Counted from the stretch's first letter, positions 41,201 to 52,866 are shown. The stretch is 64,000 nucleotides of DNA from a virus (IMGVR_UViG_3300028914_000074:6088-70087); one strand, 5' to 3'. Made by a program: numbers and translations. The notes: a model not told the origin generated them from the sequence alone.

Positions 41201-42433
41201 CCGTTCCAAAAATGCGCTTTTTCATGCCCTATCTGTTTTCCGTATTTATAAGGTCTTACGTCCCCAAAAGTTGTCGCGCATAAAACATACTCAAAATCTT
41301 GCGTGTTTTTATTTATTTGTTCATCCGGCAGTTTGTCATCTACCGAAATCCATCTGTCAGCATTAAATCCGTCTTGATAGCCTTTATCATATTGGTTTCG
41401 GTCATAATTAAGTGCTTTTACAAGTTCTTCTTTGTTAACGTCAATGCCTAATTGTTTCTTGACTTCAACAATAATATTCCCGTCTATTTTTTTCTCTATC
41501 ATATCAGAAATTGTTTCGTATATGCTTACTGGACTTTCCCACATATCATTCTCCTTTCGCTTTCACAATTCCAGGGTTTACTGTAACCGCAGCTCTTAAA
41601 ACTTCTTCAGGCGGCGTATCTGGAATAGCCACTTTTATTTTTCCGTAAAGAATATATTCCATTTTCATGGGATCACAACTTGCTTCCAAGGACATTAAAG
41701 GAACCAACTTATCAGCCATGTTTCTCGCCATTTCATGAAGTGATAATTCCAAAATTCTTTCAGGATTTTTAAACAGATATTCCCTAGGTATTTCTACCCT
41801 ACTTCCTATCGTATGACATTTACATGGTATACTTTCTATCCTCAAAGGCGTAATTACATCATTTTCAGCTTTATATTCACTTCCACAACATTCGCAGCGC
41901 AAAATTCCTTCCTTTGCTTCAGATATTGACAGCATATTTCCGCAATTCGCACATCTGTAACCTTTTGGATTCATGTTTTTCTCCTTTCTATTCTCTGTAA
42001 TCATCGTAAATTTCGATTGTTGGTTCTCCATAAATGCTGTTTTCCGAGGAAAGAATAATTTCTCCGTATTTTGCGGACAGTTTTGTTAAATCTTCCAAAT
42101 CTTTCAAAGTAATGTAAAGATTGTCTCCAACGGTTTCAATGGAAAATTCTTTAAGCGTTGGGTATTTTTTCAGTATTTCTTTTGATTCCCTTAGCCATAC
42201 TGTATGTAATCTGAATTTCATGCTTTCTCCTCCATTTCTTTTATCGCCTTTAATAAAATCAATTTTGCAACAGCTTTTGTAAGTTGTTCCTTGCTAACGT
42301 TATTATTTTGCACATATTCTAACAACACTTGTTTTCCAGATTTACCGTCTTGTTTGAATTTCTCAACTTTTTTGTTAAATTCCTCCGTTGAAATCCCCGT
42401 AAATTGTCTGAAGTAGGTTTCGTAAAGCGTCAT
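35203..42433 (-). other. array of ~25 short, translationally coupled accessory genes (includes DUF551-like 38456..38839 and 41137..41544, wHTH 40766..41050, several Cys-motif proteins)
   Basis: Tiled minus-strand ORFs with AGGAG/GGTGAG RBSs and ATGA overlaps; W..C.DRLP / WISVDDKLP...W.PLPE motifs. Confidence 0.7.
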
Positions 42434-42443
42434 AAATCTCCTT

Positions 42444-43472
42444 TCAATACTTTATGTCTAGGTTGCCATGTTCGTTAAGCCAGCCAATCACAAATTTAAG
42501 ACCAAGTCCTTCTTTGTTCGGAACCCATAATCCATCTTGCCACTCTCCACCTCCCATAACAAATTGATATTTCTTTGGTTCTAGTTGTTTTAATTTCAAA
42601 AATCTCTGTGTATCTCTCTGCGCCCCAAAAAGACAGAAGCAGCAACCACTACGATCAATTCCCGTTGTGGATAAATTTCCTGTTCCAGTTAAGTCAGTAT
42701 AGTAAACATACCCGTTCTGTTCATAAACAACGTCTCCGTAAACGTCTGCTATTTCTACGTTTTTCTCTTTGATATAACGGAGTATGTCACTTTCAAGCCA
42801 AAAGGAAATTGGTGCGGAAATAGGTCTGTCACTTTCAAAAGCATTGCAACCATGACGAATCCAACTTGTTTTCCTAAGTCTGCTCTCTTCTGCCATGGTT
42901 CCAACAAAAGGTTTTCTCCCCGTCAGCTTTTCATAATCCTTTGAAGGAGACTTTTTCATGACCTGACAACATCTATGAGAAATCTTGAATGGTGCATTAA
43001 GTAACCAAGCATATCGTTCCATGGAAAACTGTGGGTATCTCCTGTTGTGTTCACAATCTGTAAACCGCCTTGCGCATTCTCCGTCCGGCTTTCTTCTTGC
43101 TTCTTCTACTTTCTGTGCAACCTCTTTGCTGATTACTGGATAACCATATCTCTTTACTACTTCCATAAAGTTCATTTTCGGGTAAAGGACTTCATCGGAT
43201 ATATCTAATCCGTGTTTCCTGACGGAATCCCATTCTAGCCCCGTGTTGATAAAAACTTGTGGTACGTCCGGGTACATTTTCTTAACTATGTCACCAAGAA
43301 CATCAGAATCCTTTCCACCGCTACGCGAAACATATACATTTCCACCGTATTCATTATACCAACCTCTTATTCTATCTTGCGTCAACATCAGTTTGATTTC
43401 CAGAGGATAACTCTGCATTTCTTTTAGTTCCTCTGGCGTATGTCTGTTTTCTTTCACACCGACCACTAACAC
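42444..43472 (-). CDS. PAPS-reductase-family (PP-loop) protein
   Basis: VYVSRSGGKDSDVL, SHRCCQVMKKSP, RSGCCFCLFG. Confidence 0.85.
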   Translation of the reverse strand: MLVVGVKENRHTPEELKEMQSYPLEIKLMLTQDRIRGWYNEYGGNVYVSRSGGKDSDVLGDIVKKMYPDVPQVFINTGLEWDSVRKHGLDISDEVLYPKMNFMEVVKRYGYPVISKEVAQKVEEARRKPDGECARRFTDCEHNRRYPQFSMERYAWLLNAPFKISHRCCQVMKKSPSKDYEKLTGRKPFVGTMAEESRLRKTSWIRHGCNAFESDRPISAPISFWLESDILRYIKEKNVEIADVYGDVVYEQNGYVYYTDLTGTGNLSTTGIDRSGCCFCLFGAQRDTQRFLKLKQLEPKKYQFVMGGGEWQDGLWVPNKEGLGLKFVIGWLNEHGNLDIKY

Positions 43473-43614
43473 ATAGCTGTGTCGCGGTCAAAACAACTGC
43501 CGAGGTGGACATTTTTTTAAGGTCTGCAATGCTTATGGCAGACACCCTCACTCCGATTATCTTTTACTCCATGCTTCACCATACTAGCAACATGGAAACC
43601 TAGTTATCACTAGG

Positions 43615-43986
43615 CTAGGTGTTATCTTTCGACTCCTTTCCTTGTAATTTGTCTATCGTTTTCCTAAGTGATTCCCGGTCATGATTTATCTGCTCTTCCA
43701 CGGTTCTTTTTGCCATATCACCACAACACTCATTGCAAGTAGTCTTGTTTTCAAAATTTGGTTTAAGTGGTTCAGGAGGCTCTATAAACTCAAATATGGT
43801 TCTTTGGACGAATAGCACTCTTCCTAATTCTACTGCTACAGTCTCCACCACTTTCTTCACATAACCCGTTTCCATGATCTTATCCCGTACTTCTTGCGGT
43901 TCCTTCGGATTCACGTAGGCAATAAGTGGGTACTTCGCCAGGTCTGCCATCTTCATTGCGTGTTCAATCTCTTCTCTGTATGTCAT
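43615..43986 (-). CDS. hypothetical protein
   Basis: ORF track; RBS AAGGAG. Confidence 0.5.
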   Translation of the reverse strand: MTYREEIEHAMKMADLAKYPLIAYVNPKEPQEVRDKIMETGYVKKVVETVAVELGRVLFVQRTIFEFIEPPEPLKPNFENKTTCNECCGDMAKRTVEEQINHDRESLRKTIDKLQGKESKDNT

Positions 43987-43997
43987 TTTTCTCCTTT

Positions 43998-44930
43998 CTA
44001 TGCTTTGTAATCTTCAAATCTTTCACAGGTTCTAAAAATCACCCTGTTGTTTACCCATCTCTGCATTCTACGTAACGTATGTTTTGGCGATAAATCGTAT
44101 TTGTTGTAAATCATGACGTACGGCGTATATCCTAAATCACGAAGTGTGTAAATTCTTTCAAGGTCTTGCTCAATCGTTGTGTTAAAGTTTGTTAGCATGA
44201 ATACAGTAAGTTTTCTCTTATCCCATTGCGTAATATCCTTAAATAACTTGAATTTCGGTATGATTAAATCCTTGTCCTCATACCTATCCCACGCAAAATG
44301 AACGTTCTTTATTTTTAGTTACTTTATCATCTCTGCCTTTTCTTCCGTCATCATGCGTATGTCTATTCCTTGATTTATGTCTATCCACGCTTTGCTGTCG
44401 ATAAGCTGTTGCAATAACTCTTTCCAATCCTTACAGGCGATTAAATTAGGATCACAAAGCACTATGTTCTTTTGCCCTCTCCAAAATTCTGACAAATCAG
44501 CTACTTTGTGAGAACACCTACCCTCTTTCGCTTCCACGTGGCAGAATGCGCATCCTCTCGGACAACCCCTTGTAAGAAATCCGTATGCCGTGTCCTTCGT
44601 CAGATCACCATAGATGGAATAATCAGGATAAATATGTTCGATTTCTGGTTGAAGGTCTTTATCTTTGGATTTGTCATATACCTCTTTCCCGTCAACCAAT
44701 GATATGCAATATCCGCTACCACCCTTAACAACCTCGTCTGCATCAATAAAGTATTCATAATCCGGCGTAAAACTAAATACCTTACTCATGTATACTTTGT
44801 CCATGTGACCGCTAAACATTGGTTGATACCACTCAACGTGATCCCCTTGCGCTTTATGCCAAGCTGATATTTTCATGAGCGGCAAATTAGGATAATTATG
44901 GGTATCTACCGCTATCAATCCGATTCTCAA
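43998..44930 (-). pseudogene. radical-SAM-like Fe-S protein with one in-frame TAA
   Basis: TRGCPRGCAFCHV (CxxxCxxC); ATA AAG TAA CTA AAA at 44319-44321, with the same frame continuing LKIKNVHFAWD into ORF 43998..44198. Confidence 0.8.
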
Positions 44931-45331
44931 GTGCTTCTATTTCCTTTCCTTAAACTGTCTGTAAATCCGTCAAGGCACTTTTGAGCGTCTTTTCCTATGT
45001 CTTTGCATACCGCCAGGTACTCACCGACATTAAGACCTTGTTCGTGGACAACCATGGAACCTCTTTCTTCCATCAGTTCGCCGGAATCCGTCAATTTTAT
45101 TATTTCGGAACAAAACGTCTCATAAGGTACGTGCAATTCCTCTGAAAGTAGCAATAACTGATTATCGGTTTTTACAATCCCAGGATTTTTTATGCCATTG
45201 ATAAGTCCTCTGACATATTCTGCAATCGTAATTCCATTGTTTTCAGACAAATTTCTAAGCATTTTGTCTGTTTCTTCGTTTACCCGTAAATTGATACGGT
45301 AATACTTTGGATCATTAGTAGGTCTGCTCAT
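44927..45331 (-). CDS. RHH-containing regulator
   Basis: [25 protein letters not shown]...[11 protein letters not shown]. Confidence 0.7.
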   Translation of the reverse strand: MSRPTNDPKYYRINLRVNEETDKMLRNLSENNGITIAEYVRGLINGIKNPGIVKTDNQLLLLSEELHVPYETFCSEIIKLTDSGELMEERGSMVVHEQGLNVGEYLAVCKDIGKDAQKCLDGFTDSLRKGNRST

Positions 45332-46067
45332 TAAATTCCTCCTTTGGAAGCGAAATTGCTAATGCTACCAGTATGTTTTCACCAGATTGTAAAGCTTTTT
45401 TGAATCTGGATTTGTTTACCAATGGAAATTCATCGTATAATTGATTTAGCGTCAAGTCTTTTCCGTTCCATCTATATTTTTTGACGCATTCTCTGTTTCT
45501 GGCCTGTTCTGCCAATGAAGCCCATCTACAGTTTTCAGGACAGTAATTTCCATTGTTATCAATTCTGTCTATTGTTTGATTGTTTGTATATCCGTTTTCT
45601 AAAGACCATTCCATGAAACTGTTAAAATCGCACAACCAATCATCACAAATCTCTACTCCCTTAGCACCGTAGTATTTGTATGATGGAGAACCTTGGCTAT
45701 AACACCTTTCTCTCATTCCCCTCCAAATTCTTTTAAGTCTTTCTTTTTCCGTAGATTCAGCTACTATTCGTTTTGGCTTAATTTTCTTTGTTCTGCATGA
45801 ACAATAATGTTTAAGTTGTTTAATGCTTGTGCCTTGTGGAAAAATCATTCTAGTTTCTTTTCCGCACATAACGCAAGTTGCTTTTACCACCCTTTCCCTT
45901 ATGGACGCTCCAATATAACTTACATCGTTAATTATAAAATCTCCATGCAATTTCCCGATATAGCTTATCATTTTGTTTTGACTTTTTATTGCGCTATACT
46001 CCGGCATTCCATATTCTTCCATTAGTTGCTTTAGCCCGTTCATATTATCTCCTTTCTGTTTTGACAT
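45315..46067 (-). CDS. HNH homing endonuclease
   Basis: [31 protein letters not shown]. Confidence 0.85.
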   Translation of the reverse strand: MSKQKGDNMNGLKQLMEEYGMPEYSAIKSQNKMISYIGKLHGDFIINDVSYIGASIRERVVKATCVMCGKETRMIFPQGTSIKQLKHYCSCRTKKIKPKRIVAESTEKERLKRIWRGMRERCYSQGSPSYKYYGAKGVEICDDWLCDFNSFMEWSLENGYTNNQTIDRIDNNGNYCPENCRWASLAEQARNRECVKKYRWNGKDLTLNQLYDEFPLVNKSRFKKALQSGENILVALAISLPKEEFNEQTY

Positions 46068-46121
46068 ACTTTATAAACCGTTGAAAATTAAGGATTTTCG
46101 AGTTATGTATGCCTTAAAAAC

Positions 46122-46150
46122 AGTATAAACCATTGCGTTAAGTATGTCAA
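46122..46150 (-). promoter_or_regulatory. sigma-A promoter with flanking operator-like repeats
   Basis: TTGACA-17-TATACT; 16-bp direct repeat GTATGCCATAACTATT at 46174 and 46195. Confidence 0.7.
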
Positions 46151-46410
46151 TACCTCATTTTTGGGGCTTTATTGTATGCCATAACTATTATTAAGTATGC
46201 CATAACTATTCTATAATGATTTTTTTCATAAGAAAAACCACCCCTTTCAGAGTGGTTACTTTTTGATTTTTTGGGGGGATTCGGGGGTAAGCCGCCGCCG
46301 CCGAACATACGTTCGAAACCCCCACGCCCCCAAAAACAGCCGCCGCAAAAGTATGCGCATAATTACGATTTTACGCATACATATTTACAGTTTCCTTGTA
46401 TACCCTTTTA

Positions 46411-47109
46411 TTATTGGGTTTCTTGCGTTGTTTCTTGTGGTACAGTTTCCAATATCGGCACACTTTGCGCAGCCGTAACACCCAAAACTGGCAGAGAAAC
46501 AGCAGACAAGGCCGGGCGCGCATCCGTCTGAATCGTGATCTTGTTAGAGTCCCACCCGTGCCAATGGTTTAGGATGGCAATAGCCCCCGTGGGATTTCTT
46601 GATCCGTCCGCAATCAAAGACGCAAGACCGCCTTCTTGTATCTCTTTCAGCTTTTTAGTTAACTCTTGACGTTCAGGGGTTAACAATTCATTGTCTTTTG
46701 CATAAATCCATTGAAAAGACGCTCCTATAAAATACCCAAAATCCATAATAAAAGGGGCCTTGTTGTATCTAACGCAATAATACGCCCACAACGGGACCGC
46801 CGCCCATACTGCGCGCATATCGTACCCGATCCATCGCCCGTTATTTTCTCTATCTGAATTCCTTAAAAGTTTATACTTCTTAAACACATTCCACCCAATG
46901 TACATACAACACGCGCTCCATCGTGTTTGTTTTTCTTTGCTTAGATCCTCGATAGGCGGCGTACACTCATATAAGCAGAAGTCACTAATTGCATTATCTA
47001 TTAAGTCTTTTATGTCAACGGGCAGACCCTCAAACGGCACGCCGTCCACGATCTCAGCGCCCTCCGGCGTTATGCGCTCCCTAGCTTGTGACCTGGCGTT
47101 TTTATTCAT
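46411..47109 (-). CDS. putative terminase small subunit
   Basis: C-terminal KKLKEIQEGGL...RNPTGAIAILNHWHGW resembles P22 gp3-type TerS; no other TerS candidate in the window. Confidence 0.5.
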   Translation of the reverse strand: MNKNARSQARERITPEGAEIVDGVPFEGLPVDIKDLIDNAISDFCLYECTPPIEDLSKEKQTRWSACCMYIGWNVFKKYKLLRNSDRENNGRWIGYDMRAVWAAVPLWAYYCVRYNKAPFIMDFGYFIGASFQWIYAKDNELLTPERQELTKKLKEIQEGGLASLIADGSRNPTGAIAILNHWHGWDSNKITIQTDARPALSAVSLPVLGVTAAQSVPILETVPQETTQETQ

Positions 47110-47138
47110 GTTTGCACCTTCTTTCTCAAATCTGGGAA

Positions 47139-47345
47139 TCAAAAAATTTCTCCCGTTTCACGATCCAAAAATACAACGTCACACCCTAAAGCATCCGCGA
47201 CTTTTTCCGCATAATCAAAAGACATCTTGTCACGCGCTAGGCGGTTTGCATAGCTTTGTAAGGGCATTTTTAGCTTTTTCGCGATGCTTTCATATGTTTC
47301 TTTTTTTCTACGCGCTGCGCGCCTTATTTTTTCTTTTGCTCCCAT
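47139..47345 (-). CDS. XRE-like HTH protein
   Basis: YESIAKKLKMPLQSYANRLARDKMSFDYAEKVADALGCDV. Confidence 0.7.
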   Translation of the reverse strand: MGAKEKIRRAARRKKETYESIAKKLKMPLQSYANRLARDKMSFDYAEKVADALGCDVVFLDRETGEIF

Positions 47346-47457
47346 GATTCTATTTTTTCCTTTTCCGTATTTCAATAATTGTAAATTTTCCCTTTTCCCT
47401 AATAATAAAGTAGTATTTATTTTTTTTCAAATTTATAAAGTTTTTTGCAATTATCTA

Positions 47458-47486
47458 TTGACATTTATATATTATTTTGGTAGTAT
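47458..47486 (+). promoter_or_regulatory. divergent promoter for the plus-strand island
   Basis: TTGACA-17-TAGTAT. Confidence 0.7.
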
Positions 47487-47760
47487 ATAAACAAGAAAAG
47501 TAAATAAGCACCGCCCCAACAGCCGCAACTTTTGCCACACTTGCGAAAGGCAGCAGACGGGAAGAGAGGACACGCACGATAAAACCTCTTAAAAAAATCG
47601 TAGGGGAGACGGCAACCCACCGCAAAACAAAAGACCGTTGAAAAAACTACAATAAACGCTAATTTTTCCGAAAAACAGCCCTGAAAGCTAGAGAGCAAGA
47701 CAGAAAAGCGGATCACCACCGCGCCAGGGCTTTACCGAAAAAAACAAGGAGGACAAAAAA

Positions 47761-50700
47761 ATGACATTTTACGAAATCCAATATATCAGAACCGGGAGCG
47801 GAGAAAGAAAACTTTATGACAGAGTAATGCTCAGCGATAGAGACGAGATAACAAACGGAAAGAAAACAATAAAAATTCATAGCATCATTGACGCAATCGA
47901 AGCTTTCGAAATCCTAGCAGAAAATTGGGGAACCTACGAAAGCAAAAACGCAATCGTTAATATAAAAGTAACTGAAAGATAACATTTTTTCGGCGGCGGT
48001 AAAGCCGTAGCATCAAAGCAACCGCCGGAATACCGCAACGCAAGCGAAGAACCGCCGTAAATGGTTGATTTAATCGGACACGGTGAGAGAAGCCGGACAG
48101 CGGAAAAGAAAAAAGGAAGGGAGAAAAAAATAAAAATGGAGGGAAAAAACATGAAAAAATATCAGGTTATCGGCGGACAGTATGAGCAAAGTTGGAAAGG
48201 AGAAAGCGACAGCTTGCACGGGGCAAAGATCATCGCCGGAAAGAATAAGGAATATTGGGATAATTGGCAAGGATGGCACACGCCGCACATTTACCGCGCG
48301 GAGGATTGCGAAAGGCGCGAGGCACACGGGTTTATAACTCTTTATGAGGGCGCAACGTATACTTTCCACAAGCCCGACGCAGAGCCGATTTGTTAAACCG
48401 TCAGCCCGTCACCGCATCAGGCGCAAGGCATAAGAGCGGAGCAAAACCGCAAACGGGCTTTTATCAAATATAAGGAGGTTTATATTATATGTTTCGGATT
48501 AAAAACGGACGCAACGCCGCAATCAAACTGCTACGTACGGGAGACGCTAAAGCATCAGACCGCATAAGTGGACGAAATGCCGCCATTATGGGAGAGCTTT
48601 TCAGACGGACGCAAGCCGGACAAATCAAAGGATTTTTTCTTTTGTCTGATACTGACTTCAAAGCATACCACCGCAGCCCCAAAAAAGCAGGATTTATACA
48701 GCTTTCAAGCGGATTTTATAAAAATGGCGAATTGATCCCATGCTATGACGTGCAATTATTGACCGCCGAAGATATGGAGCGTGAAGGCTACCCATCCGGC
48801 GTTTATGCCATCATTTTATAAAAAGCGGACTAGCCGAGGACGGGAAAAGGCGTTATAATAAAGATAGATATAATCACATATCATTCTAACGCTTTTCACG
48901 CCCTTTTAATGGCTTTCAGATAAAACCCACGCAAGGCACACCATAAACCGCAGTAAAGGCAAATACGCGCACACACAATGACCGCGCCATACTGGATTTC
49001 CAGAAATTTGTAAAACAGAGAGCAAAATTCCAGGACTCACGGAAAATTCAAGTTTTTTGCATACAATTCCAACAAAACTTAATCAAGAATTTTTACTTGG
49101 AATTTGATCCCCTGGGGGCTATAAAAAAATTTTGCAATATTTGAAGGGAAAAATCAATGAAAACTACTAAAATCAATGGAATTGACAAAAATATCTGTAC
49201 TTGTGAGCAGAAAATTGCATACAACATGGCATTTACTGATTATGACGTTATAAAGCGCACTACGAAAGAATACGGACGCGCCGCCGGACTTGAAAAAGCA
49301 TACAAATTAAGAGATTTACATATTAAGACAATGACGGAAAACGGCACGCGCTACAATATGGATGCAGTTTTTTGCGCATACAACGCCGGAATTGAGGACT
49401 ATTGCAACAGAAATTTTGAAATTTTGGGAAGATATGAAGAAATAGGGAAAGCTTTCCCTATACTTTACAAGTAGAAAAGGAGAAACGCATGACAAGAGAA
49501 GAATTGAAAGCAACGCAAAGAACCAACGCTATTTTGAGCGAATACGGCAACAAAGAATATGATTTAAGTTTAGTGTTTGTAAAGCCATTATACGAAGCCC
49601 TGAAAGCCTTTTATACGGCAAATAAAACGGCAGTAGGCCATACTATCACCCACAACGCCGGAACGCTTTACATTGACGGAAATCGCATTGTGAATTTTGC
49701 AACGCCGCGCGACACGCTAAACAAAAGGCTTTCCAGATGCACGGATGAATCATACCGCGCGGAGGGAAGAATCTTGAGAAGGCAAGAAGAATTTATTTAT
49801 GATTGAATTACAGGCCGCCAATACATAAGTTAAGGCATAAGCCCGTCAAAAGGCAGCGGCTTTTATGATTAAAGCAATTTTTAATCAAAAAATATCAGTT
49901 TACTTGAAAATTTAAGTTTTCTGCCAGGTTTTTTGTAAAAGATCAATGCAAAATTTTCCAACTGAAATTGATACATGGGGGGCTATCAAATAATTTCACG
50001 ATTTTTGAAAGGAGAACAACATGAAAGTTAAAAACTTAATCGAAACTTGCCAAGATTTTAGCAGAATCAATATCTGGGAATCAAATAATGATGATCCCAT
50101 AAGCTACGATCCCACTGACACGACAGAGATTTACAGCGTGGAAATCCTGAAGGCAATCCCGGACAATATTTTGAATGAATCCGTTCAGGCATGGTATATG
50201 ACAAATAACATTCTCACGATTTACATTTAGGAGGAAAAACAATGAATTGGATAGATGCCGGATTATGGAAAATCAAATTGTTTATGATGAAAAAATACGG
50301 AACAGATTGTGCATACAGAGATTTTGCGCCGCTTGAATGGTATGTAAGCACGGGAAGGGCAAGTACATTTTTTTTGAGAAAGCTTTTTGAATATAAGCCG
50401 TATATGATTGCAAGAAAACTACATGAAGGCGGCAGCTATGACGAAGTATTGCAAAGGATCAAAAAATACATTGTATGGAATCAGAAGGGAGAATAAACTA
50501 TGTTTATTAAAAACGAGCATTATGAAACCATGTTAGCAATCAGGAAGTATCTGCCACAAGGAGAAGCTTTTAATATCCTACCAAAAGAAGAACAAGACGA
50601 GATCATTAAGTTTGAAATGATGCTCATGGATTTTCATAAGGAGCATAAGGCGCGCAACAAGAAGATTGCCGGATATCTTGCAGAAAAGCGCAAGGACGAT

Positions 50701-51721
50701 AAAAACTATGGCAGAACGCCATACGTAAAGAAAACAACGGATATGATTATTTGTGTTGGTAAACATAACGGAATTGATTTATACAGGAAGGTTTGTTTTG
50801 ACGGTCAGCATTATTACATAAAGTACAAAGGAAAAAACATCAATGTTGACACGGATATAAGGCTAGGAAACTTTTCAAGGAAAAACTGATATGGGAGGAA
50901 TAAAAAATGGCTAAATACCCTTGCAGGAATTGCGTATATTTTAAGGTTTGCGGCGATAACATGAGGACACAAGAATGCAAAGGCAGAACCACAAAGAAGG
51001 AAAAGAAACAGGAGGAAAAGAAAAAATGAAATTGTTTGAAAGTGAGATCACCACGAAGAAGAAATACACCTTGACCGCATACGCAAAGAAGCTGCTTATG
51101 GGATTGATCCTTGTTGCAATCGGCGTGTTATATCTGCTATTTTTGGGAACCGAGGACGCAACGCCAGGATTTTTCCTGATCCTTATGGGAATCATTGTTA
51201 TTTGCGTTAAAGAGCTTAATTAAATCGTAGCCAATAAATAACCTAGGAATGAATTAAAATCGTTCCTAGGGGCAAATTTGAAAGGATAAAGGGCATATTA
51301 TGAATACTGATTTGTTTCTTGCAATCAACAGATGCCATGAAATTGACGCAATGATTATTTGTTATATTCTGAATCATGGAGCTGCCGGACAAAGTGAAAT
51401 AGCAAGGTTTTACGGAAAAGACCGCCAGAACGTTTACCATAGGGGAAAAGTCCTTGTATCTGCCGGAATAGTAGAGTATAATAATCAAAAATATACCCTT
51501 GTGGATAATTGGGAGGGGGCTCTTATAAAATGGAAAACTACTATCACTATGGAATGAGACTAAGAGGCTTTTCTATCGGCTGCCAGCCTAAAGACGGATT
51601 TATTCAAAGGGAGGATGACGCAACCGGGAAATACCACGACATTCTCACGTATAACCGTCACTTGACGGAAAAGGAATGCAGAGACTATGAGATTGACTAT
51701 CTGGGAGAAGTGATTTTTTAG
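47761..51721 (+). other. plus-strand island of ~12 small hypothetical genes (47761, 48151, 48489, 49157, 49489, 50021, 50242, 50500, 51026, 51300, 51530)
   Basis: Each ORF has a strong AGGAG(G) RBS; this is the only plus-strand coding block in the window. Confidence 0.7.
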
Positions 51722-51881
51722 AAAATTGCATTTTCAGATTCAAAAATCCGCTTTTCTGCTGAATTTCACGTTTTCTGTATGCAATTTGTAAACAATTCCA
51801 TTGAAAATTTACACGGGATTTTCAGCCACGCCGGGGATTCAAAAAATTTTGCAATATTTGAAAAATTGAAAGGAGAAAAAT

Positions 51882-52184
51882 ATGGTTTCAAAAAACGAGT
51901 ACAAAATCTTATCTTTGCTTTGGGAAAGCAACAAACCTTTGACTAGAGCTGAAATACTTGAGGGAACGGAAGGAAGAAACTGGAATCCGTCATCAATTCA
52001 CCTGATCCTAAACTCCATGATTTCAAAAGGAGTTATTAAGATCACTGATATGGAAGTAAAATACGGCAGAACGTATGAGCCATGTATCACTTATTACGAG
52101 TATCTTGCAAGGTCATTGCAGAAAATCGTACCAAACAAAAGCTTGAGTGAGATTTGCGCTGACATAAAAATAGCCACGGATTAA
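51882..52184 (+). CDS. BlaI/MecI/CopY-family winged-helix protein
   Basis: SKNEYKILSLLWESNKPLTRAEIL..W.PSSIHLILNSMISKGVI. Confidence 0.75.
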   Translation: MVSKNEYKILSLLWESNKPLTRAEILEGTEGRNWNPSSIHLILNSMISKGVIKITDMEVKYGRTYEPCITYYEYLARSLQKIVPNKSLSEICADIKIATD

Positions 52185-52200
52185 ACCGTGGCTTTCTTTT
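52166..52200. terminator. bidirectional terminator at convergent operons
   Basis: AGCCACGG/CCGTGGCT stem flanked by A- and T-runs. Confidence 0.8.
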
Positions 52201-52580
52201 TACATGATTCTTGCTACCCGTTTTCTCTTATCATCTTCCCAATTCTTGATTGCGTAGTCTGGAATAATGTTGGAAGTGTCGATGTAGTGATCTACGTATA
52301 TTTTCCTCTTGTCTCCCCATTTTTCAATCAATTCCGGCAGATTCTCATTCACGGCATCAAACTCCAATCCATATCCCTTGCACCATTCCACGGCATCCTC
52401 TAATGGCTTTCCTTCCCTCATAGTCCACAGAATCAGTTTGCATCCGTTTTTCTGACATTCCTTCAGCCATTCAATCAGCTTTGTGTTCGGTTTTCCGCAT
52501 TCAGGAAATTCGCCGCCAAGCGATAACGTTTGGTCAAAGTCTACTCCCAAAATCTTATTTTTCAGCATATTCCACCTCAA
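52200..52580 (-). CDS. HAD-superfamily phosphatase-like protein
   Basis: LGVDFDQTL, LILWTMR, YVDHYID. Confidence 0.7.
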   Translation of the reverse strand: MRWNMLKNKILGVDFDQTLSLGGEFPECGKPNTKLIEWLKECQKNGCKLILWTMREGKPLEDAVEWCKGYGLEFDAVNENLPELIEKWGDKRKIYVDHYIDTSNIIPDYAIKNWEDDKRKRVARIM

Positions 52581-52866
52581 TCGTAATCTTTTACCATGAC
52601 TTCTCTTGCGTCTGCAATTCTTGCTCCGCTAGGTTCAAGCCCAAGTTTCACAAGTTCACCGATGCAAAAACTTCTGATTTCCCCATCTTCTGCAATTCCA
52701 GTAACGTGATAAGGATATACGCCAAACACTCTGTATTTCTTCTTTTCTTTCACGTTGCTAAATTCAATTCCTTTTGGCAATGCCTCGATAAAATCTCCAA
52801 CGTTAATAAACTTAATCGTTCTGTCTTTCGGCGCGTAAATGTCTCTTTCATTCTTGAAATTCATGT

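Noticed and set aside
43586-43625. AACACCTAGC shared between the PAPS-gene leader and the tRNA island (30973, 31343)
   Set aside because: It is a 10-mer on opposite strands, with no extended similarity; chance cannot be excluded.
44319-44321. Genome-wide stop-codon reassignment
   Set aside because: TAA, TAG and TGA all terminate normal genes, long genes are intact under code 11, and no suppressor anticodon was found.
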